Shown here: positions 9,857-19,911 of the stretch, piece by piece
Layout: each line of letters begins with the position of its first letter
How positions within the stretch are numbered: the stretch's first letter is position 1
NCBI GenBank assembly: GCA_048937405.1
Contig: JBHLNF010000001.1
Location: 96,001 to 160,000 of the forward strand
Direction of reading: 5' to 3'
DNA from: Promethearchaeota archaeon
GTDB taxonomy: Archaea > Asgardarchaeota > Lokiarchaeia > Sigyniarchaeales > SOKP01
Length of the DNA stretch: 64,000 nucleotides
Program-made: the position numbers and the translations under genes
The notes under the pieces: model-generated
Told to the model about the DNA's origin: nothing
Seen by the model: the letters and a program-made list of their open reading frames with translations, nothing else
Database searches by the model: none

Positions 9857-10545
9857 TGAGGAATCTTATGATTTGGGAGAATGAAAAAAATAATTTTTAT
9901 AATTTTATCTTAGACAATAATATAATAGGCTTATTTGAAGAACCTATAAAATTAAAATCTGGTAGACTGTCATACTGGTATATAAATTGGAGGAATATTG
10001 CTTCTGATGTATATCTACTCGATCAATTAACTGATTACTTATTATCATTTATTGATCACTTAAACTTAAAACCTAATTGTTTTTATGGTGTTCCAGAAGG
10101 CGCAACAAAATTAGGTATAATAACTCAATATAAATGGGCAAAAAGACAGAATAATTATAGTTCAAAAAGTTATCCTCTCTCTATGGGTAGAGGCAAGCAA
10201 AAAAAACATGGAGATCCTAAAGATCGTTTTTTTGTAGGAACCCCCTCTGGAGATACTATTATTCTTGAGGATATTACAACTACAGGAGGGTCATTAATCA
10301 ATACGATTGAAAAATTAAAAGATTTGGATGTAAATATCATTGCTGCAATAGGATTGACAAATAGAAATGAATTAACTGATGATGGAAAAAGTGTAGAAGA
10401 GAGTATCTTGGAATACAATGTTCAATATTATGCAATGAGTAATGCTATTGATTTGTTACCAAGATTAAAAATTAGTAAGAATACAGCTAAACATATTGAA
10501 GAATACTTTATTAAATATGGAACAGAACCAATAAAACTCTCATAA
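9856..10545 (+). CDS. pyrE: Orotate phosphoribosyltransferase-like type I PRTase
   Basis: LKSGRLSYWYINWR, GKQKKHGD loop, PRPP-binding IILEDITTTGGS. Confidence 0.85.
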   Translation: MRNLMIWENEKNNFYNFILDNNIIGLFEEPIKLKSGRLSYWYINWRNIASDVYLLDQLTDYLLSFIDHLNLKPNCFYGVPEGATKLGIITQYKWAKRQNNYSSKSYPLSMGRGKQKKHGDPKDRFFVGTPSGDTIILEDITTTGGSLINTIEKLKDLDVNIIAAIGLTNRNELTDDGKSVEESILEYNVQYYAMSNAIDLLPRLKISKNTAKHIEEYFIKYGTEPIKLS

Positions 10546-10585
10546 TTATTTAGTCCATCATAAATTAATTTCAATTAAAATCTGA

Positions 10586-11146
10586 TTAAAAAAAATCTCT
10601 CCAAATTTTGATAAGATGATACAAATATTTATTGAGTAGTTTCTCAGAATTCGTTAATAACCTTTCATCTTCTAAAGATAACTCAGCCATAGATAGTTTT
10701 AATAACTTTAATAATCGACTATCAATAATATTTGAAGTATAAGAATTATATCTGTCCAAGTCAATTTTTGGTCTGTTTTTCTTATCTATTTCATTTATCA
10801 TCAATCTTCTGAATTCTTTTATTTTATTCAAAAAATAATCATTTACTCTTTTAGTTAACTTTGGACTATCTCTCTCACTTATGGCATATCTTTGAACATC
10901 AACGCTGTCACATTTATCCTCTGGAGCTACTATTAAAATACCTTTCTCGATAAAAGGAACTGCAGAAAACAGCTTTATTTTATATTTCTTACCTTTCTCA
11001 AATTTACCAAAAGATTCTCCTAATAGAGAAAATCCTTCAAAATCTTTGATACATTCAGTGATAATTTTTTCATTATGAAAAATAAAATTAATCCTACTCA
11101 ATGAATTAGAGAACCTATCTTCAAATATTTCCAATAAGGAATACAC
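10586..11146 (-). CDS. GINS23-type (Psf2/Psf3-like) DNA replication protein
   Basis: N-terminal beta B-domain (IKDFEGF..FEKGKKYKIKLFSAVPFIEKGIL) followed by helical A-domain (ISER..DYFL..SRLLKLLKLS..LLTNSEKLL..IKIWR); mcm lies 3.6 kb away. Confidence 0.75.
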   Translation of the reverse strand: MYSLLEIFEDRFSNSLSRINFIFHNEKIITECIKDFEGFSLLGESFGKFEKGKKYKIKLFSAVPFIEKGILIVAPEDKCDSVDVQRYAISERDSPKLTKRVNDYFLNKIKEFRRLMINEIDKKNRPKIDLDRYNSYTSNIIDSRLLKLLKLSMAELSLEDERLLTNSEKLLNKYLYHLIKIWRDFF

Positions 11147-11240
11147 CAGATTTAATAACTTAAAAAATCTTTATATAGTATGTAAATGTAATACAAGAAA
11201 AATAAACTTACTATTGTTATATTAATAACTTAAAAACCTC

Positions 11241-14200
11241 GTGAAAATTTTGGTAATTGAAATAATTCTTCTTTTAGTATTTTTAATTTTCTTTATACTT
11301 GGATTCTATATAATTTATCGACAAGTTGCTTTAGTTAAAAAAGGAGTTTTTAGTAATAAAGATAGACTCCAATGTGTACTTTATGGATTTATCTTTAGCT
11401 TATCAGTTTTGGTAGTTTTTACTGTCGCTGTCATTTTTACTGTAAGATCACCTGATTTTTGGGACCCTGAAACAACACCACCAGAGGTTCATCCACTTGC
11501 ATTGTTGATTCCATTTATTTGTTGCTTAGGGTATATTACTATTTATCCTATAATTGACTTTCTTTATATTGCTTTAAGTAAAGAATCAGACGAAGGATTG
11601 ACACCATTTCATAAATTAATAAGCAATAAGCTAATAAATATTTCAAAAAGTAAACTTATTAAAGTTTTACTTGCTTTAACTTTTTCCATATTAATCTTTA
11701 TCCTCCCTCCTATCTTACTATTTTTAATGGGAGTACCCTTTATAGTGATATGGATAACATGGGTGCTCATCTATCCTCTGATGATTTTAACTTTTTATGG
11801 ATCTAAAGGTTATATTGCCGGTATTTCTAATTTATATTATCATATTCCAGATATAAGACGCTCTATTTTTCTTAATTTTGAGGATAGTAAAAGAGGATTA
11901 AAACAATTTATTTCTGATCCAGCACCATACATTGTCTTTGGTTTGATGTTATTTGTGTTTGTATGGGCTTGGATTTCACTATTCCAAACTATAGGATTCT
12001 TTTTCACTGGTACATTAGCTGTTTCTACCATGTCTTCAGCATTTGTGTTTGTAACTCTCTTTTTTGGAATACTCGGGTATTTCACACGTTTTTGGGGGAG
12101 AAAAATAAAGTACAGGGGAATAGATATTTATTTCGCAGCCTACTTAATGGCATCTATAGGAATTAATGTCTTAGTCAATTTTTTAATTGTTAATCCTGAT
12201 AAATTATTATATACTTTTAATTTATGGCCTATAACTAATCAGATTGTACCTAATTATTTAATGTTTGCTTGGGCTGCAGTTATTGAAGAGATTGTTTTAG
12301 TTATTTTTACTTCATATTTCATTCTATCAAGAAATAATGATTTCATAACGAATATTAGGTATTCAAAAATTTCAGAATGTGGACAAACATTTGATCCAAT
12401 TCCTTTATTTAATTTTATTAAACATCGTGATCCCAAAATAAGAAAACATGCCGAGGAAACATTGGTTTTAATGTTTGAAAGAATTCCTCTAAAGAATGAA
12501 ATTAATATTAATAATTGGAAATTTAAAAATTCATTACTTGATGGATTATGTGATTATAATAAAAATTCTAGAAAAGTTTGTAATCAGATCTTAATTCAGC
12601 TAGAAAGAGATGTTCCAGAAATAATATTACCACTAATCTTAGAAGCTATAACATCTCCAAACTATGATAAATCTATCCCTGTTGCAAAAACACTTATGAA
12701 AGCAGATATGGAATTAATAGAAAAAATACCTCAAGATGTACTATTCGACTTAATTGAAGATTCCGAATGGAGATTAAGACTGTTAGGTCTAAAAATTACA
12801 AGAAGGTTGTTAAATAAAAATAAAGATTTAATACTTAATCTTAATATTAAAAAATTAATCAATGACCCAGATAATATCATTCAAGTTGAAATTCTTAATC
12901 TTTTAGCTGAATCTGCTTATAAATTACCTACTGATCTAATAGTTGATAAAATCTTTCATATTAATAACGAAATTAGTGCTGCGGCGATTAAAAATATTAA
13001 AAATCTTGATGCTAAACAAATTGATAAAAAAATTATAAATAAACTAATTCCTTTAATTAAAGATCCCTCTAGCTCTGTAAGAGCATCAATTTTTGACGTC
13101 TTGGCAAAAATCGGCAATTTTAAAAAGAATAACATTCCAATATTACCTTTTTTGGATGGTTTAACAGATTCAAATGAACTAACAAGACTTGCGGCAATAA
13201 AAATCTTGGAAAAATACTTTGAAGAAGAACCAGGGCTAATAGAGATTGATGAGATAATTAGCAAAATTGATCCTAATAATTATGAGATATTAAACAGCTT
13301 TGTTTCGCTTCTTGGAAAAATTTGGAAATACAATCCAGAAAAAATAATTGCTACTCTTCTAATATTTATAAAATTTGATGATGAACAACTAAAAGAGAAT
13401 ATCTCAAATATATTAGTTGATAAATTTAGTAATTATCCTGATTTAGTAATTCAAAACCTAATAAAAATACCAGACATTTCGAAATTTATAACTAAAGGAA
13501 TAATTTCAAGAACCCTAATCAAAATTGGTAAAACCAATCCTACCACTGCTATTCAAATTTTAATGAAGTTCTTATCAGATGAGAATGAAGATGTCAGAAT
13601 AAATGCACTTAATTCAATAGATGGTTTGATTGAAGATTTTCTTAAATATATAGAGGTTAAACCTGTTCTATTATTATTAAATAGGGATGAAAATAAAGAA
13701 ATAAAAAAGATCGCTACAAGTATTATTTCAAAAATAGCTCAAAAAGATTCTACTCTTATAAAACCATACATGCCTGAATTTCTACAAATATTAGCTAGCC
13801 AAGAATCAACTTTAAGAGTTGTATTTTCTAAATCATTGTTAGAAATTGCTAAAGAATCCCCTGATATTATTCCAGTTCATAATATTTTAAATTTTCTTGA
13901 TGATCAAGATTCATTTATCCGGGAAACTAGCGTAAAAATCCTAGGATTTATTGGATATAAGCAACCTTTTCCAGTAGTAGATATTTTATTGAATAAATCG
14001 TTGATTGATGATGAATGGATTGTTAGAGATGCGGCTGTGACGAGTTTAGGGAAAATAATTGATCATGTTGATAATAAGCAAAAAATCATCGAAAAACTTG
14101 TTTCACTCCTTAATGATGAACAAAATTGGGTTCGTAGGTCTGCCATGAATATTCTCTCAAGTATAAAGGAAGTTAGTAATTCTCATATTCCATTTGATCA

Positions 14201-14594
14201 ATTACTCGATAATATAAAAAGTAACGATCCAAAAGTTAGAGAAGCTTCTGCAAGATTAATTGTGATATATAAAAATCAAATTGAAGATAAATTTGAAAAA
14301 TTCAAATTTTTGCTAGAAGATCAATCAAAAGAAGTACGCTCTAGTGCAATCAATAGTCTTATTAAAATAATACAGGATATTGGAATTAATCGTATTTTAA
14401 CTGTATTATTGCAGAATTTAAGCGGTGAAAGCTCTCTCCAAACTCAACAATCAATTGCACAGGTTTTAGGCCGTACAATGAAATATGAAAATGAAAAAAT
14501 TAAAAAGCGTGTGATTTCTCTCTTGAAGATAAGATGTGAAATGAGTCAAGATCCCATTATCTGTGGCATCTTACAACAATTAAAAGAGAATTAA
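11241..14594 (+). CDS. Polytopic membrane protein with a long C-terminal HEAT-repeat alpha-solenoid
   Basis: First ~360 aa contain about 9 hydrophobic segments. The remainder has repeated HEAT signatures (LIKDPSSSVRASIFDVLAKIG, LSDENEDVRINALNSI, LDDQDSFIRETSVKILG, LIDDEWIVRDAAVTSLG, LLNDEQNWVRRSAMNIL, LEDQSKEVRSSAINSL). Confidence 0.85.
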   Translation: MKILVIEIILLLVFLIFFILGFYIIYRQVALVKKGVFSNKDRLQCVLYGFIFSLSVLVVFTVAVIFTVRSPDFWDPETTPPEVHPLALLIPFICCLGYITIYPIIDFLYIALSKESDEGLTPFHKLISNKLINISKSKLIKVLLALTFSILIFILPPILLFLMGVPFIVIWITWVLIYPLMILTFYGSKGYIAGISNLYYHIPDIRRSIFLNFEDSKRGLKQFISDPAPYIVFGLMLFVFVWAWISLFQTIGFFFTGTLAVSTMSSAFVFVTLFFGILGYFTRFWGRKIKYRGIDIYFAAYLMASIGINVLVNFLIVNPDKLLYTFNLWPITNQIVPNYLMFAWAAVIEEIVLVIFTSYFILSRNNDFITNIRYSKISECGQTFDPIPLFNFIKHRDPKIRKHAEETLVLMFERIPLKNEININNWKFKNSLLDGLCDYNKNSRKVCNQILIQLERDVPEIILPLILEAITSPNYDKSIPVAKTLMKADMELIEKIPQDVLFDLIEDSEWRLRLLGLKITRRLLNKNKDLILNLNIKKLINDPDNIIQVEILNLLAESAYKLPTDLIVDKIFHINNEISAAAIKNIKNLDAKQIDKKIINKLIPLIKDPSSSVRASIFDVLAKIGNFKKNNIPILPFLDGLTDSNELTRLAAIKILEKYFEEEPGLIEIDEIISKIDPNNYEILNSFVSLLGKIWKYNPEKIIATLLIFIKFDDEQLKENISNILVDKFSNYPDLVIQNLIKIPDISKFITKGIISRTLIKIGKTNPTTAIQILMKFLSDENEDVRINALNSIDGLIEDFLKYIEVKPVLLLLNRDENKEIKKIATSIISKIAQKDSTLIKPYMPEFLQILASQESTLRVVFSKSLLEIAKESPDIIPVHNILNFLDDQDSFIRETSVKILGFIGYKQPFPVVDILLNKSLIDDEWIVRDAAVTSLGKIIDHVDNKQKIIEKLVSLLNDEQNWVRRSAMNILSSIKEVSNSHIPFDQLLDNIKSNDPKVREASARLIVIYKNQIEDKFEKFKFLLEDQSKEVRSSAINSLIKIIQDIGINRILTVLLQNLSGESSLQTQQSIAQVLGRTMKYENEKIKKRVISLLKIRCEMSQDPIICGILQQLKEN

Positions 14595-14700
14595 TGTTTG
14601 CTTAAATCTAAAATACAGTTTATTACAATTCAGTAAATCTTCCTACTGTATCTTTTTTTTATTAATACCTATTTACGGTTTAATAACTACGACATTAATA

Positions 14701-14722
14701 TTGGGGATTAAAAAATCCCCAA
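14701..14722. promoter_or_regulatory. Perfect inverted repeat TTGGGGATT-AAAA-AATCCCCAA upstream of mcm (candidate operator or hairpin)
   Basis: 9-bp arms with a 4-nt spacer, G/C-containing within AT-rich intergenic DNA, ending 40 nt before the mcm ATG. Function is inferred. Confidence 0.5.
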
Positions 14723-14762
14723 GAATAATTAGGTATATCAAAAAAATTAATATGGATTTATT

Positions 14763-16889
14763 ATGACAACACCCTTATCAAGTCCTAGTCAACCCATTAA
14801 TAAGATTCAAAGATTTGAGGATTTTTATAGGTTGTTTCAAGAAAGTCCAGGAGTTTATAAATATCAAGATCAAATTAATGAGATCTATGCAAAAAGTGGG
14901 AATTCCCTAATTTTTCTGTTTGAGGATCTATTAGCATATGATCCTGATATTGCAGAAATGTTAAGAAAGGATCCTGAAACTTTACTTGAAGATGCTGTCG
15001 ATGCTTTCAAAAATTTACTAAAATTTCAAGGAGCAACACTAAGTAATCAGGATTATTTTGTAAGAATAACAACTAAAGATAAAAAGAGTCCATTATTCCG
15101 AGCTCTGAGGGAATTGAGAGCAAAGAATATTAGTACGCTTGTTTGGTCTAAAGGTATTGTAGTTAGATCTTCAATAATAAGACCAAAGATAATAAAAGCT
15201 TTTTTTGAATGTATTGTATGCGGAGCTCAATTTGAAGTAATTCAGTTAACTTCAAGAATAAGACTCCCTAAATTTTGTACAAATAAGCGTTGTAAAGCAA
15301 AAGCACAGTCTGATTTTAGATTAATATCGAAGAATTCAGAATTTATAGATTGGCAAAGTGTAATGATTCAAGAAATTCCTGAGGATCTTCCACCTGGAAG
15401 AATTCCTAGATCCGTTCAAGCAATTTTGACCCATGATTTAGTCGATACTGTTAAACCGGGAGATAGAGTAACATTAATGGGTATTTATAAATCAGTTATA
15501 GCCCAATCAACGAAAAACTATAATTCAACCTTATTTAAAACTTATTTTGATATCAATTTTATTGATCCTGAGGATAAATCTGAAGAAGCGATTGATCTAA
15601 CCAAAGAAGATAAAAAGAAAATTGAAAACCTGTCCAAAGAACCATTTATTCAAAAAAAAATAGCACGTTCAATTGCTCCCGATATTTATGGGAGAGAGGA
15701 TCTTAAAATGGCATGTGCGTTAAGTTTATTTGCTGGTACTAGAAAGAAAAAACCAGGAGGTGGTTATAAAAGAGGTGATATTCATGTTTTATTCGTAGGA
15801 GATCCCGGGACCGGAAAGAGTGAAATATTGAAATCCGCAATAGAAGTTTCTCCACGAGGATTATACACATCTGGGAAAGGTTCTACAGCAGTCGGTCTCA
15901 CGGCTGCCGTAATTAAAGAAGCAGACACAGGTCAAATGAACCTTGAAGCAGGAGTTGTTGTCTTAGCAAATGGGGGAGTGGCGGCAATAGATGAGTTTGA
16001 TAAAATGGATACTGCGGATAGATCAGCTCTACATGAGGCGATGGAGCAACAAACGGTGAGTATAGCAAAAGCAGGAATTGTAGCTACTTTAAAAGCCCAA
16101 ACAGCGATTATTGCTGCAGCTAATCCCTATTCTGGCAGATATGATATATATAAAACGCCTACCCAAAATATTAGACTCCCTCCTTCTCTATTGTCGCGTT
16201 TTGATTTAATATTTGTGGTGGTCGACAAACCTAATGCCGCAGATGATGCTCAAATGGCTGAATTTATTTTAAAAAACTCGATGATGAATATAGAAGAATC
16301 TCTTGAGGATAATGATACTTCAATAGCACCAATTTCTAGAGATCTTCTGAAGAAATATATTAAACATGCCAGAAGAACATATAATCCAATATTAACCGAT
16401 GAAGCAAAGGAAAGAATTAAAGAATTCTATCTCGAATTACGAGGTCAATATGATAGTGAGGATGCCATAATTTCAATATTAGCAAGAAATTTAGATGCCT
16501 TAGTTAGACTTAGTGAATCTTATGCTAAAATGGCCTTAAGAGATAAAGTTCTTAAAGAAGATGTTGAAGAAATTATTAGCTTATTCAAAAGATATCTTAA
16601 AGATACAGGATATGATGAAACTACCGGTAAAATAGATATGGATAGGATATTTGTAGGACAATCCAGAAGTAGTCTTAATAAACTGGAAACATTAATGAAT
16701 AGGTTAAAAGAGATATTTGAAGAAAATGAGTGGAAAGCACAAGAAAAAACTAATGTTATTCAAATTTTAGAATTAGAAGAAACTTTGGATAGAAAATTCA
16801 TAGAAAGTGCTCTAGAAGAGCTAATAAAAGAAGGAACTCTCTATGAACCAAAAAGTAATCAAATAAAATTTACAAATAAAATAGAATAA
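14763..16889 (+). CDS. mcm: Replicative helicase MCM
   Basis: Zn finger CIVC..CTNKRC, QEIPEDLPPGRIPR, Walker A GDPGTGKS, IDEFDKM, Arg finger SRFD; no intein. Confidence 0.97.
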   Translation: MTTPLSSPSQPINKIQRFEDFYRLFQESPGVYKYQDQINEIYAKSGNSLIFLFEDLLAYDPDIAEMLRKDPETLLEDAVDAFKNLLKFQGATLSNQDYFVRITTKDKKSPLFRALRELRAKNISTLVWSKGIVVRSSIIRPKIIKAFFECIVCGAQFEVIQLTSRIRLPKFCTNKRCKAKAQSDFRLISKNSEFIDWQSVMIQEIPEDLPPGRIPRSVQAILTHDLVDTVKPGDRVTLMGIYKSVIAQSTKNYNSTLFKTYFDINFIDPEDKSEEAIDLTKEDKKKIENLSKEPFIQKKIARSIAPDIYGREDLKMACALSLFAGTRKKKPGGGYKRGDIHVLFVGDPGTGKSEILKSAIEVSPRGLYTSGKGSTAVGLTAAVIKEADTGQMNLEAGVVVLANGGVAAIDEFDKMDTADRSALHEAMEQQTVSIAKAGIVATLKAQTAIIAAANPYSGRYDIYKTPTQNIRLPPSLLSRFDLIFVVVDKPNAADDAQMAEFILKNSMMNIEESLEDNDTSIAPISRDLLKKYIKHARRTYNPILTDEAKERIKEFYLELRGQYDSEDAIISILARNLDALVRLSESYAKMALRDKVLKEDVEEIISLFKRYLKDTGYDETTGKIDMDRIFVGQSRSSLNKLETLMNRLKEIFEENEWKAQEKTNVIQILELEETLDRKFIESALEELIKEGTLYEPKSNQIKFTNKIE

Positions 16890-16916
16890 TTCTTTTTCTC
16901 TTAATTTTTCTTTAGT

Positions 16917-17450
16917 CTATTTTTTGTTATTAATTGTTTTTACCGCTTCTTCAGAAATTTTTTTAAATGCAGTCTCAACATTTTCACCTGTTTTAGCAGA
17001 AGTGTATATAATGGATAAAGCATTTATTTTTTTTCCTAAAAAATCTATCTCACTTTCACTTATCTGTGTTTCTAAATCACTCTTATTAGCGAGTAATATA
17101 ATAGGAACAATGTCGCAATATTGATTAATATCAGGAACCCAAAATTCTTCAATTTGATAAAATGTATTTTTTCTCGTTAAATCCCCTACAATAATCACCC
17201 CTCTAGCTCCAGTATAATAAGGTCTTCTCAAATTTGTCCAACGTTCTTGTCCGGCGATATCCCAAATCTGAATTGATATATTTGTCTCATTTTTCAATTT
17301 TATCTTTTTAATAAAGATATTAGTGCCGATACTTGCTCGATAGTCTTGAGTAAATTTCCCAGAGATAAATTTTTTAACTAAACTTGTCTTACCAACTGCG
17401 GGTTCTCCTATTATTATGATTTTTAGAGTATATTTGTTGGACTTGACCAT
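16917..17450 (-). CDS. Small Ras-superfamily (Rab-like) GTPase
   Basis: G1 GEPAVGKT, G3 WDIAGQE, G4 NKSD, G5 SAK; no C-terminal Cys prenylation motif. Confidence 0.92.
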   Translation of the reverse strand: MVKSNKYTLKIIIIGEPAVGKTSLVKKFISGKFTQDYRASIGTNIFIKKIKLKNETNISIQIWDIAGQERWTNLRRPYYTGARGVIIVGDLTRKNTFYQIEEFWVPDINQYCDIVPIILLANKSDLETQISESEIDFLGKKINALSIIYTSAKTGENVETAFKKISEEAVKTINNKK

Positions 17451-17550
17451 ATTTAATTATTCCTATGAAGAAAATTTTTTTAAGTATATATGTAGTTATT
17501 AAAATAATTATAGTTTAAAATTATTGAAGTAATTTTAGATTTTAAGATTA

Positions 17551-18660
17551 TTGAAGAGAATTAATATAATGACAACTGGAATTGTATACGACGATATTTT
17601 TTTAGAACATGACGTTGGTTCACATCCCGAGAACAAGAATAGATTAATTACTATTATGGACTTCTTAAAAGAAAAGAAATTACTTGAAAATCCGAGCTTT
17701 AAACTTATTAAGCCCAGAAAAGCTGATTTAGAGCAAATACGGTATGTCCATGAAGAACGGGTGATAAAAGAAATACAGGAGATATGTGAATTAAGTGCAA
17801 AAACACATCGTCTTCAATATTTAGATATGGACACTATAGCATCTCCCAAAACTTATGAAGCATCATTATATTCTGTGGGTGGAAATTTACAAGCTGCTGA
17901 TGAGATTTTAGATGGTAATATAAAGAATGCCTTCGCGTTAGTGAGACCTCCTGGTCACCACTCCAATTCACATAGATTTTCTGGATTTTGTATTTTTAAT
18001 AATATTGCGGTTGCAACAGAGTATCTTTTTAGAGAAAAAGGTATTAAGAGAGTTGCTATTGTCGATTGGGATTGTCACCATGGCAATGGAACTCAAGATA
18101 TATTTTATAAGGGTTCAGGATCAGATTCTGGAGAATTAGTAATATTCAATTCTCATCAGTACGGATATTTTTATCCAGGAAGTGGAAATTATGACGAAAT
18201 TGGATCAGATAAAGGAGCAGGAAAAATAATCAATTATGCAATGCCTGCTGGGACTGCTGATGACGCAATTCCTATCTTTTTTAATGAGATAATTTCTCCT
18301 GTATGTGGTGAATTTAAACCAGAATTCATACTAATATCTGCTGGTTTTGATACTCATTGGACTGATCAATTAACAAATATGAATTGGACCTATCAAGCCC
18401 CAGCAGAATATCTAAAAAAAATAAAAACAATAGCGCACAAATATGCAAAAGATAGAATATTGATAACCTTAGAGGGAGGTTATGAATTAGATAAACAGGC
18501 CCGAGCTGTTTATAACTGTTTAAAGGTTCTTAATAATGAAGACAATGATTTAATACAAGAAAAATCGAGATCCTCAGAATCAAAATTATTAAAATATCTT
18601 AATACCCAATTAATTCCCGCTTTAAAGGATAAATTAAAACCTTATTGGAGTTGTTTTTAA
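17551..18660 (+). CDS. Histone deacetylase (Zn-dependent HDAC/AcuC/AphA) family protein; start may be ATG at 17569
   Basis: HPE..RL, RPPGHH, GFCIFNN, DWDCHHGNGTQ, SAGFD, LEGGY. Confidence 0.93.
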   Translation: MKRINIMTTGIVYDDIFLEHDVGSHPENKNRLITIMDFLKEKKLLENPSFKLIKPRKADLEQIRYVHEERVIKEIQEICELSAKTHRLQYLDMDTIASPKTYEASLYSVGGNLQAADEILDGNIKNAFALVRPPGHHSNSHRFSGFCIFNNIAVATEYLFREKGIKRVAIVDWDCHHGNGTQDIFYKGSGSDSGELVIFNSHQYGYFYPGSGNYDEIGSDKGAGKIINYAMPAGTADDAIPIFFNEIISPVCGEFKPEFILISAGFDTHWTDQLTNMNWTYQAPAEYLKKIKTIAHKYAKDRILITLEGGYELDKQARAVYNCLKVLNNEDNDLIQEKSRSSESKLLKYLNTQLIPALKDKLKPYWSCF

Positions 18661-18759
18661 GGTATAACATAGAAACACTTTTATATTTACATTTCTGCTA
18701 TAATCATAATTACTCCAACAATTTTGTAGAAACTGTTTTTTATTTATTATTAAAAAAGA

Positions 18760-19665
18760 TTGATTATTATGTCAAATGAAAATGAGAAAAAAAAAAGAGA
18801 AAAAAAAAAAAGCTCAGTACCTTCAATGCCACCTCCTTCGATAACTCCCCTCACCCCACCTCCATCAATGCCACCCCCCTCATCTCCACAACCTGAAATT
18901 CCATTATCACCGGTAACACCTCCACCCATGCAAACCTTTCCCTCTACTTCCACTCCAACTATAACAGCTCCACCCCCACCCCCTACAATACCATCATCCT
19001 CTATTGGACCTTCAGAAGAAGAATACAATACAGTTGTAGCACAGCTTCAACAAAAGGATTCTAGTTTACTCCAACTACAAACTCAGGTTACTGAATTAAA
19101 TTCTCAAAGTTCACTACTAGCTGCTCAACTTAGAGAAAAAGAAAATCAAGTTACTCGATTAACAAATCAATTACAATCTCTTCAAACTTCAACTGAAGCA
19201 TATCAACAACAAATACAACAATTAACAGAGGAGAAAGCTCAATTACAAGCCCATATTCCAGGATTGCAACAGCAGGTTCAGGAACTACAACAGCATAATT
19301 CAATGCTGCAACAACAACTTGGACCACTACAAGCACAAATAACAAAGTTACAAGAAGAAATAGCGTATAGAGATAAACGGATTGAAGAATTAAGAGAACC
19401 TAAAGCTGTAATGCCTTCTAGTTTAGCACAAGGTATCACAAATCAGACAGCAAGTTATAGTTCCAGCCCATCTATTACACCTTCAACAACCTCACCTGCC
19501 ACACCATCGCCTCAAGTAGGAACTGGAAGAAGAATATGTCCCAATTGTGGTGCATCTGGGTTTGCTGTAAAAGAAGTTGAAGATAAAACACGTATAATTA
19601 GTTATATACCAAAACCAATTTATGCGAAGAAATTAGTATGCACTAAATGTGGATTTGAATTTTAG
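18760..19665 (+). CDS. Proline-rich / Gln-rich coiled-coil / C-terminal Zn-ribbon protein
   Basis: Pro-rich N-terminal region (PPP runs, APPPPPT), ~120-aa heptad-like Q/L/E segment, Ser/Thr/Pro linker, CPNC..CTKC. Confidence 0.8.
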   Translation: MIIMSNENEKKKREKKKSSVPSMPPPSITPLTPPPSMPPPSSPQPEIPLSPVTPPPMQTFPSTSTPTITAPPPPPTIPSSSIGPSEEEYNTVVAQLQQKDSSLLQLQTQVTELNSQSSLLAAQLREKENQVTRLTNQLQSLQTSTEAYQQQIQQLTEEKAQLQAHIPGLQQQVQELQQHNSMLQQQLGPLQAQITKLQEEIAYRDKRIEELREPKAVMPSSLAQGITNQTASYSSSPSITPSTTSPATPSPQVGTGRRICPNCGASGFAVKEVEDKTRIISYIPKPIYAKKLVCTKCGFEF

Positions 19666-19911
19666 ATATATTTACTATCCTTTAATCAAAAAAAATTTCA
19701 AATAAAATTTATTTCAAACCTTTTATTGAGCTGTTTGTAAATTAAAACTCTCTTATACCTATTTTTTAAGATAGTGAGTCAAACATAATATTAAAGATAA
19801 TTTTTAAAAAACCTATTAACTTAAAAAAAGTTGTGGAAAATTATATATATAATAAATTTGATTAATATTCTAAACTTTTTTTGAAAAAAAAAAAGATTAT
19901 TTATAGTATCT

